From an uncultured bacterium (GTDB lineage Bacteria; Verrucomicrobiota; Verrucomicrobiia; Limisphaerales; UBA8199), in contig CAVVMW010000001.1 of NCBI GenBank assembly GCA_963749495.1, positions 704,001 to 768,000 of the forward strand: a stretch of 64,000 nucleotides of DNA. Reading direction: 5' to 3'. How positions within the stretch are numbered: the stretch's first letter is position 1; each line of letters opens with the position of its first letter. Positions 1 through 10,574 of the stretch are shown piece after piece. Made by a program: the position numbers and the translations under genes. The notes below the pieces were generated by a model. The model had not been told where the DNA came from and searched no databases. It was given only the letters and a program-made list of their open reading frames with translations.

Positions 1-1172
1 TGGCGGAGCAGTGGGGCCGCAGGTGGATCACGATCGACACGTCGCGCATTGCGGTCAACATCGCGAAGTCGCGTTTGATGACGGCGACGTTCCCGTATTA
101 CCATCTCTACGACCAGCAGAAGTGTGACATCCGGCAGGGCTTCATTTACAGAAAGGACCCACACACCACGCTCGGTAGCATCGCGAACAATGAGCCACCG
201 GTGGAGGAAACGCTCTACGACCAGCCGCTCGAAGACCGGAAGCGGTTGCGCGTGGCCGGTCCGTTCACGGTGGAGACGCTCCAGAGCTACGAGCCGATTT
301 CGCCGGAGGAGTTGGCCAGGCAGCGGACGGAGGACAAGGAACTCGCCAATTTCGAGGACCTTATCTTCGCGCATCTCAAGAGCGCCGGCGTGAAAACAGG
401 GCGCAAGGATGAGAACGCCGTTTTCGTCCGGATTGATCGCCTGGCTGATTCGGCACTGCATGCTGAAGGGTGGTATGCCGCCGGAGCAGGCGAGAAGAAG
501 GCGTATCTGCACATCGGCCCGAAGTTCGGGACAGTGAGCAATCAGGCGGTGACGGAGGCGATCAAGGCATGCCGGGACAAACGGGACGGAGACTGGCTGC
601 TGATTCTCGGCTTCGCGTTCGAGAGCGGAGTGTCCGATGTGACCACGCGCGACTTCGGCCAGTTCAAGGTGAGCATCGTGCGAATGCACGACAACCTGCT
701 CCAGCAGGGATTGCTGAAGCGGGACAAGAAGGCGGCGAGCTTCGTGACCATCGGGGAGCCGGACATACGCCTGCACCGCGAGAACGGCACTGCCACTGTG
801 GAGATTGCCGGTCTGGACATTTACGACCCGATTAAAGATGAAGTGAAAAGCCGCGACGTCCACGACATCGCCTACTGGATGGTGGATGACGATTACGACG
901 GCTCCAACTTTGTGGTGCGCCAGGTGTTCTTCTGCGGCGGCGACAAGGACGAGTTCGAGGAGTGGAAGAAGGGCCTGAGCGAGTTGGCCGAAGCCAAGAC
1001 GAAGAAAGCCGCGGAACAGACGCTGAAGGTCGAGATCGATGACGAGGCGTTTGCCGGGGTGTACGGGCATGTCAGCCGCCCGTTCCCGGTCAAGAAGGGG
1101 CAGAAGATCGCGGTGCGCGTGATCAGCCAATTTGGTGAAGAGACGACGAAAGTGGTGGACGTGAAATCATGA
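1..1172 (+). CDS. Adenine DNA methyltransferase (type III Mod-like), C-terminal part; 5' end outside window
   Basis: Frame is open from position 3 ([25 protein letters not shown], typical post-motif-I segment). The C-terminus has WMVDDDYDG and [13 protein letters not shown], as in Mod-type methylases. Confidence 0.8.
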   Translation, partial: AEQWGRRWITIDTSRIAVNIAKSRLMTATFPYYHLYDQQKCDIRQGFIYRKDPHTTLGSIANNEPPVEETLYDQPLEDRKRLRVAGPFTVETLQSYEPISPEELARQRTEDKELANFEDLIFAHLKSAGVKTGRKDENAVFVRIDRLADSALHAEGWYAAGAGEKKAYLHIGPKFGTVSNQAVTEAIKACRDKRDGDWLLILGFAFESGVSDVTTRDFGQFKVSIVRMHDNLLQQGLLKRDKKAASFVTIGEPDIRLHRENGTATVEIAGLDIYDPIKDEVKSRDVHDIAYWMVDDDYDGSNFVVRQVFFCGGDKDEFEEWKKGLSELAEAKTKKAAEQTLKVEIDDEAFAGVYGHVSRPFPVKKGQKIAVRVISQFGEETTKVVDVKS

Positions 1173-1176
1173 GCTC

Positions 1177-2427
1177 CTACCCAACGTTGAAACGTTGCGC
1201 TATTGTCGGATGTCCCTCCGGGACAAGTGCCCCAATCGCCTCCGCGAGGTATTCGTATTCGCGGAGCGAATTATAGAGGTGGGCGGAGATGCGGAAATAG
1301 CGTCTTGGGGGCAGGCCGAAGCGCAGGAACGGCACCTCGATGCGGAACCGGTCATAGAGCCGCAACTGTTCGGCATCGAGCTTCCCGTTCTGGGGCCGGC
1401 CTTGGAACCGCTCGGGCAGCGGGAGGGTGGCCATGGCCCCGAGCATGTCCTCGGGGCAGGGCGCTTCGAGGGCCAATCGTTGGCAGAGGAGCCGCCGCGC
1501 CGCCACCACCAGTTGATGGTTGCGCCGATAGAGTTCCTTCCAGCCCCCAGGCAGACGCCGCCCCAGCCAAGTCAGGGCCTCGCCGGCGCAGAACCAGCCG
1601 GTGGGGTCAAAGGTGCCGGCCCAGTCAAACCGGTCCTGAAACGGGGTGTAGCCCGGGCGGGGCGTGTTGTTGCCATGGCTGATGACGGCCGGCTGCAGGT
1701 CCGCCTGTTTGTCTGGGCGCACCCAGAGGAAGGCCGTGCCCTTTGGAGCGCAGACCCATTTGTGGAGATTGCCCGTGTAATAAGCGGCGCCCAGTCCCTC
1801 GAGGTCCAGCGGCACCATGCCCGGTGCGTGCGCCCCGTCCACGAGGGTTTGGACCCCGCGCGCCTCCAGTTCCCGCACCAACTGGGCCACGGGCAGCACC
1901 AGGGCGGTCGGGCTGGTCACATGGTCGATCATCGCCAGCCGCGTCCGGGGCGTGACGGAGCGCAAGATGGTCTCCACTACCTGGTCCGCGCTGCGCAACG
2001 GAAAGGGCGCCGCCGCCACGACCAGGCGCGCCCCAGCCCGGCGGGCGGTCTCGGCCAGCACGTTGCGGCAGGCATTGTAGTCCTGGTTGGTCGTCAACAA
2101 CTGGTCCCCGCGCTTGAGCTTGAGCGAGCGCGCCACGGCGTTCACGCCGGTCGTCGCGTTGGCAATGAAGACCAGGTCACGGGTTTGCGCCCCGACAAAT
2201 CGCGCCACCGCCTCGCGCGCCGCCTCAAGCCGCTCGTCGTAGCGCCGCCATAGAAACTGCACCGGCTCCGCCTCCATCCGCTCCCGCAACTCCGCCTGCA
2301 GGGCCAGGATAGCCCGCGGACACGCCCCAAACGAGCCGTGGTTCAAAAACACCGAGCCCGCCGCCAAAGACCAATACCGGCGATACCGCGAAGGCGCTGG
2401 CAGGACCAAGTCCGGTTTTCGCGTCAT
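1177..2427 (-). CDS. Class V PLP aminotransferase (isopenicillin-N epimerase/CefD-like)
   Basis: Motifs FLNHGSFGACP, DHVTSPTA, VDGAHAPG and GNLHKW (PLP lysine). Start taken at the ATG at 2427. Confidence 0.85.
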   Translation of the reverse strand: MTRKPDLVLPAPSRYRRYWSLAAGSVFLNHGSFGACPRAILALQAELRERMEAEPVQFLWRRYDERLEAAREAVARFVGAQTRDLVFIANATTGVNAVARSLKLKRGDQLLTTNQDYNACRNVLAETARRAGARLVVAAAPFPLRSADQVVETILRSVTPRTRLAMIDHVTSPTALVLPVAQLVRELEARGVQTLVDGAHAPGMVPLDLEGLGAAYYTGNLHKWVCAPKGTAFLWVRPDKQADLQPAVISHGNNTPRPGYTPFQDRFDWAGTFDPTGWFCAGEALTWLGRRLPGGWKELYRRNHQLVVAARRLLCQRLALEAPCPEDMLGAMATLPLPERFQGRPQNGKLDAEQLRLYDRFRIEVPFLRFGLPPRRYFRISAHLYNSLREYEYLAEAIGALVPEGHPTIAQRFNVG

Positions 2428-2526
2428 GGGGAGAGAATACACGGCCAGAGCCGGCAGGGGAAGCCAGGAGCCACGGCTGTGACTCATGAATTCCGCAATG
2501 TGAAATCCCGGATTTCGGATTTATTC

Positions 2527-3093
2527 TCACGCCCACTCCGGGTGCTCCATGAAGGCATAGCAGAGCAGGTGGCAGACACCCATCTGGGCGTCCTCCACGC
2601 GGCCATAATGGGTATCATTGATGACGATGACCTGGTCGGCGATTTCGGCCATGCGCCCGCGCCGCGCGCCCACCAGCGCAACGGTGCGCAGGCCGTTGTG
2701 CTTGGCCCAGTCCAGGGCCTTCACGCAATTAGGCGAGTTGCCGCTGACGCTCAGGCCCAGGGCGACGTCGCCGGGCCGCGCATAGTTGCGCAATTGGCCG
2801 GCGAACACCTCGTCGTAGGCATAGTCGTTGGCCAGGGCGGTCATCCAGCCCGCGTTATCGTTGAGCGAGATCACGCGGAACCGGCGGTCCAGTTTGTCCG
2901 AGGCCCCCTTGCCGAGGTCGGTGGCAAAATGCGAGGCGTTGGTCGCGCTGCCGCCGTTGCCGAAGACGAAGACCTGGCGGTCTTCCCGCAGGGCCCGGCG
3001 CAGCGTCTCGGCCAACTCCGCCACCGCGCCCGGCGGTATCGAATCCAAGGCCGCCTTCTGGGCATCAAGATAATCCCCTATCCATTGCTTCAT
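2527..3093 (-). CDS. gmhA: SIS-domain phosphoheptose isomerase
   Basis: FGNGGSATNASHFATD, TALANDY, SVSGNSPN, VED-Q motifs. Confidence 0.8.
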   Translation of the reverse strand: MKQWIGDYLDAQKAALDSIPPGAVAELAETLRRALREDRQVFVFGNGGSATNASHFATDLGKGASDKLDRRFRVISLNDNAGWMTALANDYAYDEVFAGQLRNYARPGDVALGLSVSGNSPNCVKALDWAKHNGLRTVALVGARRGRMAEIADQVIVINDTHYGRVEDAQMGVCHLLCYAFMEHPEWA

Positions 3094-3189
3094 AAGTCAA
3101 GAGTATGCCCGGGAAAGGCCGGTTTGTCAGGTGAATTCTGTGCTCGCGCGTAATCGGTCAGTGGAGGGAGAAACGGAGTCCCCGGCGAA

Positions 3190-3335
3190 CCCCTCACCCC
3201 GGCCCTCTCCCCTTCGGAAGGGGAGAGGGAGAAACGTCGGCAGTCTCGGGGGATTCCAGGCGTCTCGGCTTGTTCGAGCCGCGACGGAGAATTCTCCCTC
3301 TCCCCATCCGATGGGGAGAGGGTCGGGGTGAGGGG
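3190..3335. repeat. REP doublet family A (CCCTCACCCCGGCCCTCTCCC...GGGAGAGGG)
   Basis: Inverted pair of hairpins. A second copy lies at 58455-58601. Confidence 0.85.
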
Positions 3336-3428
3336 TCGGCCCGCTGTCGCTGCCGCCGTCACTGAGGCCTCACGCTCGCGCAAACGACAAACGACGTTTG
3401 GCATCCAGCCAATCCGCGGATTTTTCAC

Positions 3429-3713
3429 CCGGGCCTAATCGTTATGTGCGACTGCGACCGCGCGCTCGGCCAGGACCAGCGCCCCGGTCGGCACGGCATC
3501 CTCGCCCAGGCCGGCCAGGGCCACGCGCGGGCCGGGGGCAAAGACCTCCATGATGAAGGCAGGGAGCGCGTCCTGGACCGCCGCCCGCAAGGGCTCGCCG
3601 AGCCCGGACAAACCGCCGCCCAGCACGATGATTTGAGGATGGAACAAATGGACCACGTGCGAAAGGGCGAAGGCCAGGTCCTGGGCGGTCTCGAGCAGGA
3701 TTCGCCGGGCGGC
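3429..3713 (-). repeat. 285-bp direct repeat duplicating the 3' end of the ROK gene (5266-5550)
   Basis: Matches 5266-5550 at offset 1837, with the same translation (AARRILLETAQ...AHND*). It has no 5' part. Confidence 0.92.
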
Positions 3714-3728
3714 TGAGAAAGCCATTAT

Positions 3729-3854
3729 CACGTCTCAACATTTGACATTTGGCAATACATTTCGCGATGGACAGCGGGCGCTGGCCCCGGAGAATGGAGG
3801 CTCGATCACGGAAGGACGTCTGTGGCTGAGGGAAATGTCAAATGTTGAGATGTG
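3729..3854. mobile_element. MITE-like element with 22-bp inverted ends
   Basis: CACGTCTCAACATTTGACATTT (3729-3750) versus AAATGTCAAATGTTGAGATGTG (3833-3854), one mismatch. Confidence 0.65.
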
Positions 3855-3866
3855 CCCCCGATGTTC

Positions 3867-4898
3867 CTATGGTCTGTTCGCAGGGGCGGAGATCCCGATC
3901 TTCGGCGCAGAACCACCCGATGATAAAGCCCTGTCGAGCAGTGTTTTGACACCGGCACCCAATAAAAGCAGCAAGATTCCCCAAAAAGCGTAGGTTGCCA
4001 AGGAAAAGCGACCGAACTTCGTTGCCATGCTGGTTATTTCGGTTTCCTGTCGGGACGTGGTTGTCTTGAGGTTGCCTACTTCGCCTGGCAGCAGCCGAAT
4101 GCCAGTGATTATTTCATGGATCTGCTTGGTATTTTCTGTGGTGATAGACTCCAACTTGTTCGCCTGCGTAGCGAGTCCCTTCAGTTCGTGAGCAAGCAGC
4201 GCCACATCAGCACTCACCTTATCTACGTTCTTGGTAAGCGTCTTAATCGGCTCAAGGACATCATTGTACTGAGACTTCAGATTAAGGACATCCTGCGTCA
4301 GTCGCTGTATCTGTTTGACTTCTTCGCTGATTCTGGCCCAAGGAAGCACTTCCATGTTGGCCATTTTGTTAACAAAATCACTCGGAAAACTGCCAATCAG
4401 CAGAGCGGGATCAGGGGCGACTGGTTTTTGCTCTTTCTCCAGAAGAACAAACACGATGTTGCAGATCTTTGTCCGCGTTGGTATGACGACCCTTTTAGTG
4501 GATGCATTGTACAGCCCGAAAAGGAGATGCCCCTCATATCCTGGATCAATAACCGATCCCGTGAGCAAGATCAGTCCCTCGTACGAGAATTTGCGCTTCG
4601 AGCCGATTTGCGCCAACACATTGTTCGGAAGTTTTATCTTTTCCAGCGATATGATGCCCGCGTAGGAACCTGGGTCAATTACCAGGCTTTCACTGGTCAG
4701 GTCCATCTCTTTTCCTTGTCCGCCGATTATCGCCTTCTTGCCAACCCTTATATCATACGAGGTCGTTTGAAGGCTGCTGGCATCGAACGTGGAATCCACG
4801 ATCAGCCTTCCGGTCTGCACCATTTGCAGAATACTATCCTCTGCCAAAATGGCGGAATATTTCGGCGGCTCCGCAAAAAGTGTGGCTTCTTTCGGCAT
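3867..4898 (-). CDS. dCTP deaminase/dUTPase-fold domain fused to coiled coil and C-terminal transmembrane helix
   Basis: SYDIR and GSVIDPGYEGHL motifs. Heptad-rich middle region, then hydrophobic YAFWGILLLLLGAGV. Visibly more AT-rich than the flanks. Confidence 0.75.
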   Translation of the reverse strand: MPKEATLFAEPPKYSAILAEDSILQMVQTGRLIVDSTFDASSLQTTSYDIRVGKKAIIGGQGKEMDLTSESLVIDPGSYAGIISLEKIKLPNNVLAQIGSKRKFSYEGLILLTGSVIDPGYEGHLLFGLYNASTKRVVIPTRTKICNIVFVLLEKEQKPVAPDPALLIGSFPSDFVNKMANMEVLPWARISEEVKQIQRLTQDVLNLKSQYNDVLEPIKTLTKNVDKVSADVALLAHELKGLATQANKLESITTENTKQIHEIITGIRLLPGEVGNLKTTTSRQETEITSMATKFGRFSLATYAFWGILLLLLGAGVKTLLDRALSSGGSAPKIGISAPANRP

Positions 4899-5180
4899 CC
4901 GCTTTCACCATGCACAAAACCCGCGAACTTGGCAAGCCCTGAACTTGGCCGAGCATTTCGGACTCCCAAGCTCCGCTTTGGCACTCGGGGGGCCAGAAAG
5001 GGGCCCATGAGAATGTACTATTCTGATCAACGTGCTAATATGACAATCTCATTAACCGACCCCGTTCCGACCTTAACCGACCCCGTTCCGACCCCGTTCC
5101 GTGGCCGGTCCAGCCACTCGGGGCCATTTGTTCAAACGCTAGATACTCCAGCAGCCCCGCGGTTTTGAACATTTCTTCTT

Positions 5181-5250
5181 TGAATTTTGAATTTGTTTCG
5201 GGTTTCGTGCTTCGGATTTCGGATTTCAGGTTTCGGATTTCGGATTTTTC
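5181..5250. repeat. TTCGGAT-type heptamer tandem repeat
   Basis: Related blocks occur at 9373-9425 (inverted) and 20905-20970. Confidence 0.8.
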
Positions 5251-5271
5251 GAATGCCCCTGCAAACCGGGC

Positions 5272-6204
5272 CTAATCGTTATGTGCGACTGCGACCGCGC
5301 GCTCGGCCAGGACCAGCGCCCCGGTCGGCACGGCATCCTCGCCCAGGCCGGCCAGGGCCACGCGCGGGCCGGGGGCAAAGACCTCCATGATGAAGGCAGG
5401 GAGCGCGTCCTGGACCGCCGCCCGCAAGGGCTCGCCGAGCCCGGACAAACCGCCGCCCAGCACGATGATTTGAGGATGGAACAAATGGACCACGTGCGAA
5501 AGGGCGAAGGCCAGGTCCTGGGCGGTCTCGAGCAGGATTCGCCGGGCGGCCGGGTCGGCCTGCGCCAGCGCGGCGCCCAGGTGCCGGGCCTCGCCGCCCT
5601 GGGTGGTCCCCGCCAACCGCGCCAACAAGCCCTCCGGCGCCTGCGCATTCATCCGGCGGATGCGCGCATCCACAGCCCACCCGGAGCAGCGCGCCTCGAC
5701 AATCGTCCCCTGCCGGTCCAGGCGGACATGGCCGATCTCGGCCTCGCCGGGCGCCGCCCCGTGATAGATCCGCTCATCCACTACCAGGCCTCCGCCGACG
5801 CCGCTGCCCAGGGTCACATAGAAGACGGGGTTGAAACCGGCGCCGGTCCCGCGCCGGGCCTCGCCCAAAGCGCCGACGTTCGCGTCGTTGTCCACGGCCA
5901 CGGATACCCCGGAGAGCCCGCGCAGCCAGCCGGCCAGGTCGAACTCCGACCACCCCTCGACCTGGTGCGAGCGGCAGATCTTGCCCGTGCGCCAATCCAC
6001 CGGCCCGCCAAAACCGACGCCGATGGCCTGGACCTGGCGCCCGGACATCAACTCCGGCACGGTCCGCCGAATCTGTTCGCGGATGGCCTGCGCGCCGGAA
6101 GCGGAGCGGACGTCCAGCCTCCGCCGCTCGCGGATCGTGCCGGTCTGGTCGCCGAGAACGATCTGCAGCTTGGTGCCGCCGATTTCGATGCCGATGCGGG
6201 ACAT
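5272..6204 (-). CDS. ROK family sugar kinase
   Basis: IGIEIGGTK, GVGFGGP, DNDANVGALGE, TLGSGVGGG, GEAEIGH motifs. Confidence 0.9.
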   Translation of the reverse strand: MSRIGIEIGGTKLQIVLGDQTGTIRERRRLDVRSASGAQAIREQIRRTVPELMSGRQVQAIGVGFGGPVDWRTGKICRSHQVEGWSEFDLAGWLRGLSGVSVAVDNDANVGALGEARRGTGAGFNPVFYVTLGSGVGGGLVVDERIYHGAAPGEAEIGHVRLDRQGTIVEARCSGWAVDARIRRMNAQAPEGLLARLAGTTQGGEARHLGAALAQADPAARRILLETAQDLAFALSHVVHLFHPQIIVLGGGLSGLGEPLRAAVQDALPAFIMEVFAPGPRVALAGLGEDAVPTGALVLAERAVAVAHND

Positions 6205-6214
6205 GGAGGCAGGT

Positions 6215-6792
6215 TCAGCCGAAGTAGTCCGGTTCATTGCCCGGTTTCCACTTGATATTGCAGCCCATGCTGGGCCGCTGGCGGGGCGGGACCGGCTTGC
6301 CGCCGAGCACCGCCTCTAGGGCGGCGCGCACGTCGTTGCCGGTGACGGGGATGCCGTTGCCGGGCCGGCTTCGTCCATCTGGCCGCGATAGACCAGGCGC
6401 TGAGCGGCATCGAACAAAAAGAAATCCGGGGTGCAGGCGGCGTGATAGGCACGGGCCACCCGCTGGGTCTCATCGTAGAGATAGGGGAAAAGGTAGCCCG
6501 CCGCCTTGGCCTCCGCCGCCATCATGGCCGGGCTGTCGGCGGGGTAATTCTCCACGTCATTCGAGTTGATGCCGGCGATGCGCACCCCTCGGGACAGGTA
6601 ATCGCGCGCCAGTTGGGCCAGGCCGGCGCGGATGTGCTTCACGTAGGGGCAATGATTGCACATGAAGACTATCAGCAGCGCCGGGGCGCCCCGGAGTTGT
6701 GCGAGCGAAACCAGCTCGCCGTTCGTGTCGGGCAGGCGAAAGTCCGGCGCCGGCATGCCCAAGGGCAGCATCGTGGATTGTGTGGCGGCCAT
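6215..6792 (-). CDS. Thioredoxin-family (AhpC/TSA-like) protein; 1-nt frameshift near 6371
   Basis: FMCNHCPYV and AACTPDFFLFD. A shifted frame gives the conserved end SRPGNGIPVTG...SMGCNIKWKPGNEPDYFG*. Confidence 0.85.
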
Positions 6793-6921
6793 ATCATGCG
6801 GAATTTCCAACGGCCCGGGGCGAATGTCGAATGTTTTTTGGGGAGGGACAAGGGGCGAAGGCGCATCTGAGATGTACCACCCCACGGGTAGGAATTCCTG
6901 ACATGGCTCCGGCCCAACAGT

Positions 6922-7148
6922 TTCATCCCGGAGGGATGGAAGATGCTAGCCGGGGGTCGAGGCGAAGCGAGACCCCCGGTTCGGCGCAAGGGATGCGCCT
7001 GCATCCCGGAGGGATGCCAGAAGGGCGCCTGCTCCTTGTGTGCAGCCTTCTGGCACCCCGTTGCGGGGTCCAGGACCCTTCAGACCGCTAACCGGGGGTC
7101 GCGACGGCGTCGCGACCCCCGGCTACCCTCTGGCAACCGTCCGGGTTG
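6922..7148. repeat. REPIN-like family B (CATCCCGGAGGGATG / CCGGGGGTCG..GACCCCCGG), about 225 bp
   Basis: Nested palindromes. Copies at 29509-29733 (inverted) and 39675-39897. Confidence 0.9.
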
Positions 7149-7270
7149 CAGCGCACGCGCGCAGCCTTGGGGTGTGTCCGCAGCTCCTGTGCCCGTCGTG
7201 GTTCAGGCAAGATGTGCCCCAAGTCTGAAAACCCCCGAAATCCCTCGCAAATCGTGCTATGCTTACTTGA

Positions 7271-7714
7271 ATGGAACGGAAAACGCCAAGACAGTCCAAG
7301 GCAGGGTCTCCGGGGGTGCGGCAGCGCCTGGAGGCGCTGCGCGCCTCGTTGCTGGTCCTGCACAAGGCGCTGGTCGAGTCCGAGCGAGTGGAATATGAGA
7401 AGGTCATAGGCAAGATCCATTCGCCGAACCACTTTCTGCAACTGCTCACCACCGACCCCTGGTTTGCCTGGCTCAGCCCGCTCTCGCAACTGATCGTCTC
7501 AATCGATGAGGCCCTGGACGAAAGAGAACCGCTGACCAGCGCGGCGGCGGAGGCCCTGATGACGCAGTCGGCCCGGCTGCTGTTGGCCTCGGAGAGCGGC
7601 ACGGGATTCGCCAGGCATTATCACGAGGCCCTGCAGCGCGACCCGGACGTGATTTTGGCCCACGCCGACGTGGCGAAGGCGCGTGGAGACGCAAGGCAAG
7701 CGAGTGACCGTTAG
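7271..7714 (+). CDS. Conserved hypothetical protein
   Basis: Helical 147-aa ORF with DPWFAWLSPLSQLIV and host-like codon usage. Confidence 0.7.
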   Translation: MERKTPRQSKAGSPGVRQRLEALRASLLVLHKALVESERVEYEKVIGKIHSPNHFLQLLTTDPWFAWLSPLSQLIVSIDEALDEREPLTSAAAEALMTQSARLLLASESGTGFARHYHEALQRDPDVILAHADVAKARGDARQASDR

Positions 7715-7746
7715 GGGGGCCTCAGTGGGCGCATCCGTATAGCGCC

Positions 7747-7860
7747 CCGGAGTGCGCCCGTCCTCGGGCGCAGCAGCGCCGAAACGGGCGGGGGCGCTCG
7801 AATGTTTCGCCGCTCACTCACCTGGGGACGCCGCTGCGCCCGAGGACGGGCGCACTCCGG
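7747..7860. repeat. REP doublet family C (CCGGAGTGCGCCCGTCCTCGGGCGCAGC)
   Basis: Long inverted ends. Copies at 17613-17726 and 47383-47497; a half copy lies near 52870. Confidence 0.9.
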
Positions 7861-7871
7861 CCGTGCCAGGG

Positions 7872-9295
7872 CTACTTCAACTTGCGTTCGAGGATCTGCC
7901 CGGCGAGGGCCGGGTTGGCCTTGCCCTTGCTGAGCTTCATGACCTGGCCCTTGAGGAAGTTGAGGGCTGCGGCCTTGCCGGCCTTGTAGTCGGCGGCGGG
8001 GCCGGGGTTGGCGGCCAGGGCTTGGTCGCAGAGGGCCTCGATGGCGGCGGCATCGCTCACCTGGGCCAGGGCCTTGTCGGCGACGATGCGGCCCGGGGCC
8101 TGGCCAGTGGCGAAGGTCTCGGCGAAGACGTCCTGGGCGATGGTGTTGCTGATTTTGCCGCTCTCGACCAGGTCAATCAGGCTCAGGGATGGCTGAGGGC
8201 GGGAATTTCAGTTGGTCGAGGCTCGAGCCGGACTCGGCCAGTTTGGCGCGGAGATTGTTGATGACCCAATTGGCCGCGGCCTTGGGGTTCCTGGCGCGCG
8301 GGGCGATGCGCTCGAAGTAATCGCCCAGGGCACGGTCCCAGACGAAGGTCTGGGCGTCGGAGGCGGGCAATTGGTAGTCGCGCATGAGGCGCCGCTTGCG
8401 CGCCAGGGGCAGCTCGACCACCCGCCGGCGGACCGCCTCGAGCCAGGCCTCCGAGGGCACGAACGGCATCAAGTCCGGCTCCGGGAAATAGCGGTAGTCG
8501 TGGGCGTATTCCTTGGTGCGCATCTCCTCGGTGACGCCTGCGGCATCGTCCCAGCGGCGAGTGGATTGGACGAGCTTGCCGCCTTGCTCGAGCACGGCGA
8601 CCTGGCGCGGGATCTCGGTACTGAAGGGCCTTGCGCGCGCCGCTGAAGCTGTTCATGTTCTTGATCTCGATCTTTGCGCCGAGTTCGGTCTGGCCCCGGG
8701 GCCGCACGCTCACGTTGACGTCGCAACGCACCATCCCCTTCTCCATGTCGCAATCGCTGATCCCGCCATAGACCAGGATGTCCTTGAGGGCGTTGAGATA
8801 GTCGCAGGCCATGTCTGCGCCGGTGATGTCCGGCTCCGAGACAATCTCCATGAGCGGCACGCCCGCGCGGTTGAAGTCCACGCCACTGTTGCGCTCGAAA
8901 TGGAAGTTCTTGCCCACGTCCTCCTCCAGGTGGGCGCGGGTGATGCGCACGCGCGCCACGCCGCCGCCAAACTCGAACTCGACGAAGCCGCCGACCGCCG
9001 AGGGCTTGTCGTACTGGGTGATCTGGTAGTTCTTGGGCATGTCGGGATAGAAGTAGTTCTTGCGATCGAACTTGGCGTAGCGCGACACCTGGCAATTGAG
9101 GAGGCACCCGGCCAGGGCGGTCAGGCGCAGGGCCTCCTCGTTGGCCACCGGCAGCACGCCGGGCAGGCCCAGGCACACCGGGCAGACGTTCGTATTGGGC
9201 TGCGCGCCAAACTCATTGGCGCACCCGCACCACATCTTGGAGCGGGTCTTCAACTGGACATGCGTCTCCAGCCCGATGACGGCTTCGTATTCCAT
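7872..9295 (-). CDS. gatB: Asp/Glu-tRNA amidotransferase subunit B; frameshifts near 8615 and 8180
   Basis: YEAVIGLETHVQL, FDRKNYFYPDMPK, RCDVNVSVR, DYRYFPEPDL and GQVMKLSKGKANP lie across three frames. Confidence 0.95.
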
Positions 9296-9708
9296 CCGGA
9301 GATCCATACCACGGAAGCCCGCGGATTTGAATGGATTTTTGATGAGAAGCCCAGGAAAACCCGGCTGGATCTCAAATCCGAGATCCGAAACCCGAAATCC
9401 GAAACAAACTCAAAATTCAAAAAAGAAATGTCCCAAACTCATCTGACAGGGCGCGGGACGGAATTCTTCACTGCCGCCTCCAGGCGGCGGGGCGGGCGCT
9501 CGAAGAAATCGGTCTGTACGTCCCGCTGCCAGCCGGGATGTTTGGTAGTGTCCTAATTTGGACGCGCCCGGTCGGGCGGGGTCTTCCCGTCTGAGGCGCG
9601 GCGCGGTCTGCCGTTCCCGTGGTTTGGCGGGCCGGGCGAGCTTTTCCTAGCCCGCGCCTTTCGAGGCGGCCCCGTCGATAATGGCGGGACAGCGGGGCGG
9701 AACAGTCA

Positions 9709-10317
9709 TTATGGAGCCGGGTCAGCGGTCGCGTTCATGGGCAATCCCACGGAGTTTGTTGATTGCAATATTCTCAGTCCAGGTCTTGACGCTGGCGGTG
9801 ATAACTTTGCATTTGAGGATGTCGCAGGACTACCGGCATCGTTTGTCCGAGTTGTCGCAGCGGGTGGTGGCGCTGGAAAACGCAGGATAGGCTCCCTTGG
9901 GTAAAACCAAGCAAGCGTGGCAATTACGAAAATCCCAAGGGAAACAACCAGTGTTGCCAGCCCGATCCAAAACGCTGGGGTTAGTGTCCAGTGTGGGTTT
10001 CGGTGCATACGGGTTATTGAGTCCCTGATTTCGGCCTGAGCGGCAACCGCCGCTTCGTGCATCTGCTTCGCCTCACGCCGGGTCGCCTCGGCCTGCTTGC
10101 AAAGCTCGCGTCGTTGAATCTCGTCCCGTAAGGCTTGTATGGCGAAGTTCGTTTCGATTTCGTTCGGCCAATCCTTGTGACGCCCCGCGCAGAATGCGAG
10201 TAAACGCCGGAGCATTTCATCATTCTCGCCGGCTAGTTTCTGCTCTCTGGCCATAGTCTGAATCTCAGCGATAGTGATAGATCGCCCCGCAGGTCGGCTT
10301 TCTTGGCCTGGAATCAT
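9709..10317 (-). CDS. Passenger hypothetical membrane protein
   Basis: Coiled segment followed by TM helix FWIGLATLVVSLGIFVIATLAWFY. Confidence 0.5.
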   Translation of the reverse strand: MIPGQESRPAGRSITIAEIQTMAREQKLAGENDEMLRRLLAFCAGRHKDWPNEIETNFAIQALRDEIQRRELCKQAEATRREAKQMHEAAVAAQAEIRDSITRMHRNPHWTLTPAFWIGLATLVVSLGIFVIATLAWFYPREPILRFPAPPPAATTRTNDAGSPATSSNAKLSPPASRPGLRILQSTNSVGLPMNATADPAP

Positions 10318-10574
10318 GATGCGGTGATAGGGCTTCTGATTTTGCGGGGCAAGCCAAATCCTGGAATCATCATATCCGGATTGCTTGATTCAAGCATCCG
10401 CCGGGGCCTGGCGTTCGTTGGTCAAACGTCTTGACACTTGGCGCAAAAGCATTCCATTGCTTACCTGTACTGAGCGGCAAGCTTGGCGTACAGATTCGCA
10501 GGAAATGCTTCCTGTTGAAAGATTTTTGCAGATTTCTGTTGACATCTGGACCAAGCTTGGCCTAGCTTGGGAGT

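Noticed and set aside
3090..3428. ORFs spanning REP elements (also 6699-7091, 18478-18870, 39436-39996)
   Set aside because: Translations of palindromic repeats, not supported as genes.
3435..3731. 98-aa ORF as a separate ROK paralogue
   Set aside because: It is the duplicated 3' fragment with an incidental start codon and lacks the ATP-binding N-terminus.
5053..5100. CCGACCCCGTT short tandem repeat as iteron or att site
   Set aside because: Only three irregular copies and no Rep gene or recombinase; probably a slippage product.
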